DNA of 64,000 bases from contig NC_081331.1 in NCBI RefSeq assembly GCF_022539665.2, forward strand, positions 3,596,001-3,660,000, read 5' to 3'. The DNA is from Daphnia carinata (Eukaryota). The translations under genes were made by a program, and so were the position numbers. Below are positions 42,365 through 53,645 of the stretch, piece after piece. The notes beneath the pieces were generated by a model that saw only the letters and a program-made list of their open reading frames with translations, ran no database searches and had not been told where the DNA came from. Positions within the stretch are counted from its first letter, which is position 1; every line of letters begins with the position of its first letter.

Positions 42365-44414
42365 TTTTAGATTTTATTTTTTTTACGTGGTAATTAATGT
42401 AAATGCTTAACCTAGCTAATGTGATCTCGAATTATTGTTGTTTTTGCATTATCCCATCGATATTTATTTGTTTTTTAAATATATGTTTTTTATTTCACAA
42501 TTTGGAGAAGTTGCAAATTTTCAAGATAATAAATAAAACAGCGCATTCAAACAAGGAGGGAAGTATAATAATACGCAACTTTGGAAAAGTAGATGGAAGA
42601 GAGAGTAGAAAAACAGCCAGAAAAAACGTTTTTGAAAAAAAATGGAAGCTCTAAAAGGGAATTAATACAATATAAGGTACAAAAAAAAAGAGGGGGCAAG
42701 GTATGTGGTGGTATATGCCCGGCAATCAGTCGCAGCAGCAGGTCCAGCACGTTTCCAAAACACTAGAAACAACACAACAACCACACAAAGCAAAAAAGAA
42801 AAAAAAAAAAAGGCTGACTGCTTATCTTTATGGACATGAAAGAAGAAGAAGAGATAAGAACGACATCTTTTAAGAGAAAAAGCATTTCTTTTAATAATAT
42901 ATACTTCCTGCTCCTATATGCCAGTCCAGCAACATTTATAGGCTACGCTGAACGTATACGTCTCTTTACGTAAGTTTATGGCCTCTTTGGCATCACTAGC
43001 ATTTTCTACCCCCCTCTCGTTTTTGTCTTGTCAACTTGTTTGCCCCGCTTCTTCTTTTGATTTTATTTGTTCAGAAGAGAACGGCTCAAGTTTTTCTTTT
43101 TACTCTTCAAACGGTTTCAATAAGAGATTGCATCAACGAGAAAAGGGGAATCTTCAAAGGAAAGAAGAGTCAACAAAACGACGAAAGACGAAGAGGAAAA
43201 TGGTTAAACTCTTTTTTTTTTAATTTTTCGTGTCGTCTTATTTCATTCGAACGTCGTCTATTCACTACCGCGGTGGGAACACAAGAAGACGCTTGGACTA
43301 CGTTTGTTTTTATTTTTATATTCACCAATTTGTTCAAGAGAAAAACAACACCACAATGTTCTGCTATTACGTCATCAATCAAAGGCGAAGTGTTGGTTAA
43401 TTGATTGTCGTAAATCTCTCCGTACCTGTACCGACTTTTGCGGTCGGCTTTTCAGCCGTGTAGATTCGGGATCGATACATGCAATAATCACACACCAGCC
43501 GACAACAACATCAATTACATTACACGGGTTTTATTTTTTGGGATGTAAACTTCTCTTTCCCACAATTCATTACTTGTTTTTTCTTTACCAAATTCTGAAA
43601 AAAATGGCGTCGTTGTATTCTTTTTGTATCGACGACCGTGCCCCAATCAAATGAAATCCAGTGGAGCGACGCGACGTATGAAAAACTGGGAGACGGACAG
43701 GTTGGTATTTGCGCGATCCGATGGAGCGCATCGTGATTCAAGAATTTGATACGACCGGGTGCATAAAACCAATCATTATATTAATTGCGTGCTGTATAAT
43801 CCATTAAAAAACAGCTCTCTTCCCTATTCGTTTTTTTGAAATCATTCCAATTCATTTTTTTTTATAGTTTTATGCAATCAACCGACCCCCGAAAGCAAAT
43901 GCATAGAGGAATGAGGACATTAAACAGGGCAGAAAACAAGCAAACAAATGATTTCGAAACGCCCTTCCAGATTGCGATTCATCGTGACATGGTCGCTCAT
44001 CGATGCGTGAAGCAAAAATAATAAACTCATAGCAAAAAAGAAAGGAAAACAAAGAAACAGTACAATAAACTGCATCTGATTATCTTGTCACATTTTTGTT
44101 TTCTTCGATCAACATACCCATTAAACTATTTGAAAAACAAATAAAGAACCGTAAAGACATAAGTAGAACATTAAGGCACACCTCGATAGACAGGTCTATT
44201 CAATACAACACACATAAACTCAACCATGCGGAATCCTACACGATCTCAAGAATTTTATTTTTTTTTTGTGTGAATGTCTACCCCTTTTTTTTTTCTTTTC
44301 CGTGTTACTTCCCGTTCCAACCTGAAACGTATACAACTCCGTGTGTGTATGTGTACAGTGTATTAGTAGACAGTCTGCCTCGATTCTTTTGTTTTCCTGG
44401 TTAGTAGACATTGT

Positions 44415-44442
44415 ACACACACACACACACACACACACACAC
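44415..44442. repeat. (AC)n microsatellite
   Basis: Perfect AC run of 14 units. Confidence 0.9.
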
Positions 44443-47400
44443 GGGGCATGGAAAGAATAGACAAGAAAACGGGTATTATATGTGTGCTGGAGCGCGTCCA
44501 CAAAGTCTACACAAAATGGGCCAGCACCTGGTACAATCCGTTTATGTACAGACGCGCGGTACAAATAGAATAAGAGGTATTCCTTTAGCAATGGTCGACT
44601 GCTTCCTTCCTTAGATTCCTGAACTCCATGGCCCTATGTACACGTTGGCTTGTATAGTTTTCAAATACAAGAAGGGCGGTTCATGCGCTTCAGGTTCCTC
44701 CACCCGCCCAAGGGTTTCCAGGTGGGCGATTCCCTTATGGTACCCTTTGGCCCCGATCCTTCTTGTCTGCATCTTAATTGACCTTTTAGCCTCTCAATTC
44801 AGGCCCTTAGACAGCTTCATTATACACTTTGTTGTGCTCTGTCTGAGTACTGCGTGTGAGCGTCGGCTCACGGCCGAATGAAACAATGCCACACCTCCGG
44901 CTCTATGCCGATTTTTATCCCTATATGTATGTAGGCTATACAATAGGTATTCTATATGTACTGTGGGATCGCCACATGCGGCTGGTCATAACAGCCGCAT
45001 CACGCGCGATCTTAGACGAAGAGGAACATTTCTTTTTTCGGCGTGGGTCGCTCGCTACGGTTTTTGTTTTTGAACAAAAACTTCTTCCAACTTTCCGTTT
45101 AGCCACAAATTTAAAATCATCAAGGACGAGGCGCGTAATTCTGTACTTCTATTACGTACTATATATGACAAGGAGAAGGGAAAGAATTTAATAGGAGAAC
45201 GATAAAGAAGTTGTTGAGGATAGCAAGAGGCGATGAAATACGAGGTAGAAAAGGCTCTCATAGATAACTGAGGCTCTACACGATACACCTGAAATAAAAG
45301 TTGCTACTCTTTTAGAAAAAAAAAAAAAAGAAGAATTCGATTCAGTTCCTTTTACGCTTCTTCTCCGAATTTTGTATTTTTTCGGTGGAAAATAAAGAAA
45401 CACTGTCTGATGTACACGCTTAGAAGAAACGCAGAGAGGGGGGGGAGGGGGTCGAGCTTGTTATATTGTGTACGACCAGATTGCATGACTAAACACAAGG
45501 CACGAACAGTTTTTTCATTTCTATTCCCCCCCCCCCCTCCGCTCAACTCAAGCGGATCAACACCACCAGCCTCTTATGCCTCTCTTTATTCTGTTCTTTC
45601 TCGACATTTTCTTGCTGCTTCTACAACACTAGGTGATTCACGTCGCTTTGTTTTCCATCTATTTTTGCTGTTGCACAACACGAATCGAGACACAATGTCC
45701 ACCCAAAAGTTCAATCCTCGTTGCGCGAAATTAGATGCAAAAAGAGTAGCGGAATAGTGGCAGTATAGTTACACAGGTTTTAAAGTGACTGGCTAAAGAA
45801 ACAGACTAGGAAATGACGTCAATGTTCGCTCGTCATCTGATTTTTCTTGACCGTTGAATGGGAGGGGGGAGGAGGGCCTTTTCTCGCGTGTTTTTTTAAG
45901 ACAGCACCGAACTGTTCTTCCTTTTGAATCTCTCCGACACCTGTTTTCCTTTTTTTTTTCCTCCTCGTGCCAAAACTGTCAAGTTGTATCGGTTTCGGAC
46001 GTTTGAATCCCCAACTGCCGTTACACGGTCCGACAGAATCACGCACGCGACCCGCCGTACAACTTAATTTTTCATTCGCGTTTCAATCGACTTGTTTTTA
46101 TTCTCTCATATTTGCACGACATTATTCTCAAATCAGTTAATGATTTATTTCTTTGTTTATCTAAGCTTTCATCAACTTGCCAATGGTGCCGTCGTCCTTC
46201 TGGTTCACCTGCTTGTTTCGAAACCAATAAAAGAAATCAGAAGACAGGTGGTTTCATTAAGCTGCTCATGCCATTTTGAAATCTCATTATGCGTCTTTCT
46301 GGTGTTTGTCTTTCGTCTTCTTTGTCTTGTGTTTGCTTTATTTGGAACGTGAATGAAAATCAACAGCAGGTACATGTAAACAAAGGGCAAAAAGCAACGT
46401 TGCATCTTGCGTTCGGTCCGCGTTCATATAGCGTGCGACTCTCCGCGCCGAGTAAACGCACCGAGCAATGACTGCGTTCTGAAGTGAGAAATGCGAGAGA
46501 TGAACCGAGAAGAAAGAAGAAAAGAAAAAAGTATATAATCACAGAGGAAATGATGAATGTGATTAGGTAAATGGAGCTTTGCGTGCCAAAGGGTTGGTCT
46601 CGTCTTGCCGGCAGAGAATAACACAACTGTGAGGAATAAACAATTTTTTATTTTATTTCATGGAGGAAAAGCCTTTTATTTATTTCATCCTCATTGACTA
46701 TAGATTTTCATTTGTTGCTTCCAATCCCCCGCTTGACTTGTTTTTGTTTTTTTTCAACCTTAAAAAGGAGCAGCGGTGGCAGCAACGGTTCGATTTTCAA
46801 ATGTTGTCGGCGTATGTACAAGTGCCAGTGTCGTTGAGGCTAACAACCAAACATCGCCTTTAATACAGAGAAGAAAAAGAGAACCGTGAAAGATTGCTGT
46901 TGCTGCCGAAGCGGCAGCCTTTTGTCGAAATGAATGGCCCGTATCCAATAGCCGAGAAAACTGAAATGGGGAAAAAGGTAAGTCGTGGTCGGTCGCGGAT
47001 GATGACAATCCAGTGGCTTATACCATCCGCTTCGTTCACACAGGACCATTAAAAAAAAAAAAAAAAGAGAATTTACCCTTCGTTTTCATACCCAATTGTA
47101 ATCAACATTACAAGGACAGAGGTCTTAGAGTAAATTTTTAATTGCTCGGTGATTACCGACATCTTTGAACGCTGTTTGAATTGAAAGCATCTCACGATAG
47201 CTGATGAATAACTAAGTCGATGCGAGAGATGCTCACGTAGATGTTTTAACATGTCTCCACCCACACGATCACGATTGTAGCTCTAAGGTCTATACCTACC
47301 GGTCGATGACGACACCCGCAAAAGACCACCATCATTTTCGAATTTGGAATAATCACTTTGGCAAGATTTCTTTTGCGTGATTTTTCAATTTTGTTACGAA

Positions 47401-50189
47401 AAAAAAAAGAATCGTGCTGAATGGGAAAAAAAGAAAAGAAATAGTTCTAAATAAATAACAATCCTGTGTGTGGGGAAATCGTGAATGTCTTATCGACATC
47501 TGCCCCATTCAATTAAAAGCAAACTGGCAGCAACAATTTTCTTACCTTTCTTCGTTCGGCCAACCCGCGTGACGCACGAAAATCAATCGTGCCGTCTGCA
47601 GAGCCGACCGTGTATTTCTATATTTGACGTACGCGTCTGTAAATGTTCTTTTGTCTTTTGATATTATCTCCACTCTTTCTTCGACATCTCACGGGTTACT
47701 GACTTTCGATTCTTTCTTTTCCCTTCGTTTACATAAGAAGATGATGAAAATTGAGACAATATAGGGGTGAACGAAAATAGGGGCAAGAATAAGAGAAGCC
47801 GAATGTCTTCACGAACTGATGGAAAATCGTGCGTGATCGACTGGCGGCTACAAAAATCAATCCATCAATTTTGTTTTTATTCCCCCCTCATCTTCGCCTT
47901 CTTATTTCTTTCGTATTCTAACCCCCTCTGTTTCTTTTTTTATATTCCACCGTCCCGTTTTTTTTTGTATTGTTTGTTTTTCTTCAAGGTAAAAAGAAAG
48001 ATAAAAAAAAAAATAAAGAGTCGTAGTTCTTTTTCTTGTTCTATCGCCCAAAGAAAAAAAATAAAATAAAGGAAAAGTCGGGACAAAACAATAGGGTCTG
48101 GTAAAACGTAAAATCTTTTCAAGTCAATCTCTTACACTCTCTTGGTGTTGGCTAGCAGCGAGAGACCTGCGAGATTGAGGCGAAGAAAGATACTGTCTAG
48201 CGTGTGTGAGGCTCTGATAGGAAGAGCTCGCGCCGGATCGTTTGTTCGCCCGCCCGCTCCGTCTCTCCTGTGTGTGGCTGTTATTGTGTGGGCCGGCGCA
48301 TCTTTAATCTTTTATCAAACACACACGGGAAAAGGCAATCGTTTTTCTTTTTTTTTTTTTTTTTTAATTTAATATTGCATCGAAAAATCCTTCAAATAAA
48401 AGAAGTGTGTGAATCGCTTTTCTGCTGACGTAATGCAATGTCTTTTCATCCCGATGGTATAGGGAAATGATTTCCAATTTTCTTCTTTCTTTTGAGGGCA
48501 CAGAACAAACTGAACCCCACACTGGTGATTGGACGTGTGTTGCCTTACATTCGGGTAGACGACGTCTTTGTTCTTTTCTTTTTATTTAGCCTGCCAAAGT
48601 CCGCAAACGAGACAACCGAGACTCAACACGCACGCACACACACATTGTTGTGTGTCGAGTGTTGTCGGGTGTTTAGTTCTGATCGACTTACGGTTCAATT
48701 TTCTTGCTGACAATTCGAGAAACTGTTTGACCGCGTCGATATTCCGTAGTTGGTATTGAATTAAAAGAGTCAGAAGAGAACAAAACAACGAAATCTTTTG
48801 ACACAACTTACACGGACACACAAAAACGCAACAAGAAGCGGCGACTGAATTTGGTGTCATCTTATCTTAAATCCTTTTTATTTTTCTTTTGACTGAAGAA
48901 AACAAAACAAGATTTTGTAATTTTTTTCCATAAAAAAAAAAAAATAAATAACACGCACAAGTGTACATGGACGCAGGGGGCTCCTCGTCGGCGCCATAAG
49001 AAACCGCGTTCGTTTGCTGTCTGTTTGCTGTCTGCGCGTATTATGCGCGCAGTGATTATAATATATCCGAAATGCAATCGAGTCATTATTATTGCAGCAG
49101 TGGCGACGGTTTCACTTAACGACAGACCAGCCAACTCGGCGGTAATCAAATACCTCGCCCGCTGGTTAGTTCGGCATTCACGCCCATCGCTGATCTCTCC
49201 AATCCATTTCTCTTTTGCTATCCCCCCTCCGCTACTTGTTGTTGATGACGTGATCCTCTTGGAGTAGAAAAAAAAAAAAATAATAAGAGTTCAAAAAGAA
49301 CTGGAGCTGCTGACACAACGAACAGGAGAAAATGAAATAAAAGAACTCGATCAAAACAACTGGCCCGGGCTTCCCTACGCCACAAGTCGATTGTTCAGCG
49401 TTTAAACAATAGTGTTTTAAAATCTGACCAAAATTCAGTTGATGATTGGGAATAGCTGCGATGCTGCACGAGTAAAGGATTTCATTTAAAGCCCTAAAAC
49501 TATTAGGATAAAGAAAAAAGAAAAAAGCAATCGGAAGGTGAGGGTAAAGGCCGTGGTTGATTTGTCCTCGGATAGAAAACAAATAAGGATGCCTAGCGCT
49601 GAATATCAGCAGGAGGAATCAGAGAATCAAGACGTCCTTAAGATAACCGGTCGAGTCGATGACTCGTTCGTTCGTGCCGCCAAACACCAAAAAGGGTCTT
49701 CCATCAGTGGCCCGTTTGCGGAAGGCCAACTAACAAGGCAAACACAAAATATGCATTACAACAAAAACCAAATGAAATAGAAAAAAAAAAAGAAGACAAA
49801 CGAGTCAATAGAAATGAAAGAACGTACAAAAAAAAAAAAAAAAAGAAGAGGAAGGGTGCTGTTTTTACGTAAGAGAAAAAAAAAGAAACAGGGAGAAAAA
49901 ACAAGTGGCAACGTCGGAATTTTGCGCCACCACAACTCTTTCTTTTTTTTTTTTTTTTTTTTTCCTTTAATTTTATTTCTTTTCTCCTTTTTTAATCGGC
50001 AAGACAGCACGACTGTAGCTGCTGGGTGCTGCTGCCGCCGCCGCCGCAGCAGTTGGATGTTATACGGGGGCCGTTGCTGAAAGAAAACAACAAACCTTTC
50101 TACCCTGTCGGGCCGAGTGGAAGGTAACCAACGTGATTACGTCTCTCTGCCTCTCTCTCCGACGTTGTGCTCTCACATCTCGCAAAATC

Positions 50190-50792
50190 ATTTGCATCCG
50201 ATTCGTTTGATTTTCACGTTTCCAATCGTTTTCGAAAGTGACGCGTTTTTTTTGCTTGATTTATTTGTCTGCGTCGTTCGAGTTCTGCCAGATCGTGTCG
50301 AACCCGAGAACTCGACCTCAACGAAAGCAGACCCACACTCTCTCCTTTTTATTTGTCGCTTTTCAATTTGACATCCGTCGCGTCTCGTTCGTTTGCCACG
50401 CCGAATCGTTTAACGGCTTATAATGTCCCTGCGTTCCCTAGTGTCGTGCAAAGTGTCACCCGAATCACGTTGAACGCCAGAAAGTCCAGATCAGAACGAC
50501 GATTCGATCAGTACAGTCATTCGAATCTTATTGCCCTCAACAAGTTGTGGAACCTGATCGTGTTACGGCCGAGAATGGCTCACCCGACGCTTGTTAAGCA
50601 ATCCCCTATTGGAAATAAAGCCTTGATTTTGCATTGAGAGGATTTGTTTGGGATTCGTGTTTGCCTCGGTGAATGAACATTCAGTGCATCTGCTAAACGT
50701 TAGTGTGCCTACAATCAAATGTTAGTGTGGACATCAGATACGTCAGGTGGATTACGACATATCTGAGCTACAAACCATCAGCGTTGACATTG
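50190..50792 (+). other. Candidate non-coding 5' exon (3' boundary supported, 5' boundary uncertain)
   Basis: Consensus donor TTG|GTAAGT at 50792/50793 ends about 600 nt of relatively homopolymer-poor sequence. An Inr-like TCATTT at 50188-50193 lies just downstream of a CT-repeat. Confidence 0.3.
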
Positions 50793-53238
50793 GTAAGTTG
50801 ATTCATTTCAAAAACCTTTTACTCGAGCCTTTATCACCATTCAGCTGTTAGGCAAATTGATTGAATGCTAGGGTTTGTATTGTTTTTTACACTAGTCTCG
50901 AATCTATAACTTGATCTTCAGGGGGGCGTTTTCTTTTTAGAAAACCCAATTCAATTTTAAGTGTTTCAATCGAATGGCGTCGCAATAGAGTTGTCCCATC
51001 ATTTATCCTTTAACGGTACAGGATCCTCCCCCCCTTTAATTTCCTCTCTGTTTCAGCCTGTCTGCGCTCTCTCGTCAGCTGCGACTATAAGACGCCCTCG
51101 TAGCACCTGTTAAAAAAAAAACTGCCGTAATTAATATATACTTTTGTTCCTAATGGCGCTAGTACCTATAGATATGGTAACAGGGGTCTGATGCGGTCAT
51201 AACGTTGACCGCAAACTTCTGTACATGAACGACGGTTTTGAACAAGAAAAAAAAAAGGGGGAAAAACCACGACGAAACAAAATGATTATGAAGTGACAAG
51301 GCCATACCGCAGTTGCTTCCGGCCCTGCCTTAACGTTAGTCCATGTGGTGGCGACAATGGCCATTTCTTTCAGCAATTGGTCAATGGAAATAAAAAAAAA
51401 AAACTATATGTAGTTGTTCCGGCTTTATTTTTTTTTTTTTTAGATGCAAGCCTTTTCACTAATTGTTTGGAGAGAAAGAATCTCGAATGAATCTAATTTG
51501 AGTTCGGATTGGGTGGAACGAGTACGCAAGTTACCAAAAATGATTCTATGCGTTTTGTTTTTTTTAGTGTATACCTGTGTCGTATATTGTCATGGGAAAA
51601 AATGCACCAAGCTAGCGGTAAATAACGAAATACGAGCCAATGATATCGTGACGCGCTCAGCACTTGATTTTAAATTAGCAGAAAAGAAATAAAAAAAAAT
51701 CACTGGTTAGTTGGTCAACTGTTTTGTTTTTTTTGTTTTTTTTCGATTGTTTTCTCAAGTATACCTTTTCCTTCCCACCTCTTCTGTTCAGAGCCACGTC
51801 GATTCGCTCCCATCCCAACGAAAACCGCAATTTTCTTATAGCAGTGACGAAAGCTTTCCGTTGTCTCTTTGGTGTCATTCTTAGTTCTTTTTTTTCTCTA
51901 TCCCCGTTTTTCTTTTAATATTTTACAACCCGTGGAATGATGCGTATACTACATCAGACAATCGACGCACCTTCTTCTATTTACTTAAATACATTACGGT
52001 ATTATTTATATGCGCAGTATCCTTTTCCTTATGTCTTGAAATTCGCTTGATTAACGACATTGTAGCACTCTTTTTTTTTTCTTTTTCATTTTTACTTAGT
52101 CCACTTTTCTTCAATGGCTTTTTGCTTAATGTCTTTCTTTTTCGGAGAGGGGGGGGGGTTAATTCCACTCAGGAACAAAAAGGTGAAAGACTTAAGGCCA
52201 TTTGAAAAGTCCAAATGGATTGAAAAAAAAAAAAAAGTGCCACTATGTTCTCCGCCCTTCACTTATTTTTTTGCAACCCCTTTCTTCTCTTGACCCGACT
52301 GCATATCAAACGTTCTTTCATTTTCGTCTTTGGCAGTTCATTTATCAAAGAGTGAGAAAGACTTGTGTGTCCTTTTTGCTGACTTGACTAGCCTCTTCCG
52401 CTTCCATTCTGCTTGCCAAAAAAAGAAACACACCGGATTAAGGAATAGAAAAAGAGGAGGAGGTTAAACACAGGAACATCTTAAGGGAAAAAAAAATGCA
52501 AAGTACTACATGTCTAGTACGCACGCAGTCACAAGTGGTCTTAATAATACGAGCGGTGAGTGTCTAACTGAAGATTCTGCTGCCAAGAGTTCCAAGATGG
52601 CGAGAAAATGAATGTCTTGTCAGTGTCAAAAAAATCAGCTCGGCCAACAGGAAAGTGGGAGGGACAGATGGACGATATATATATTTGATTTCCTAAAATG
52701 TTTCACCCTTTTTCCGGCGTGGCTTATAGGGGGAATTTGGCCTTGCCGGACGCACATTCGCAGATTTCCTAAAAGCAACACATTTTTTGGCGACTTAACA
52801 AATGTTTTTTAGCGTATCCGGTTACGAATGCCAATAGTAAAAAGATTTCATTGCAAATTTTAACACGAGTGGTAGTAGCCTTAAACAGTAAAAGTTAGCG
52901 AAAGAAACGAATCGAATTGAAGGTGGACCAACAGGAAAACGTACTGAAGTCTATTAGGCAAGGAATCATAAAGGCACTTTCATGTGTTTGATAAAGATCG
53001 ACAATCTTCGAAGGTGCAGCGCTTATCGACATTTTCTTTTCTTTTTTTTTTTTTTTTTTTTTTTTTTATCTTTCTCGTTTTTTAGAAGCCAAATCATTTG
53101 TTCGCCTATAAGTCATAGAGCGTTCCAAAAAAACTAAAAGGGAAAACCATTTATGCAATTGGTTATTACATAGACTGCGGTGTATAATGGCGCAGATTTG
53201 CTGCGTAGCGTTTGACTTCGTACAGCATGTCAATTTTT

Positions 53239-53242
<4 letters not shown>

Positions 53243-53270
<28 letters not shown>
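53243..53270. repeat. (TC)n microsatellite / GAGA tract
   Basis: Perfect TC run of 14 units, about 130 nt upstream of the candidate exon at 53401. Confidence 0.9.
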
Positions 53271-53273
<3 letters not shown>

Positions 53274-53400
53274 TTTCATAATAAATTTATTCCTCTCTCT
53301 ACGACCATTCCCCTTTCCACAAAAGAAAAAGTTGTTGAACACGTCTCATCCTTTTTTTTTTGTTCGTGCATCTTCAATTTTTTTTTTTTTTTCTGGGCAG

Positions 53401-53645
53401 GTATCGCCTGTTCGTGCGCAAAGAGAAAGACAGCACAAACCCGAACAGATCTTGGATTACGTTTGGGGGCCCATCAGAGTGGCATCGTTTGCGTTTACCC
53501 TTCGCCGCGTGAGAATCTACGGAAAAGGAGGTGGATACCATGCCGACATAAGCAACTAGCAGCAACGTTGATTTCATCAAGCCGCTAGAAAAAGTCTCGG
53601 TTTTCTACCACACTGCCAGATCTTTCATCATGGATCACAATGCGG
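53401..53645 (+). other. Candidate exon of a large downstream + strand gene, possibly containing the start codon (ATG 53630, MDHNA...)
   Basis: Long polypyrimidine tract ending ...ttctgggcag at 53400, a 245-nt body free of long homopolymers, ATCATGG in good Kozak context at 53627-53633, and a consensus donor CGG|GTAAGT at 53645/53646. Confidence 0.45.
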
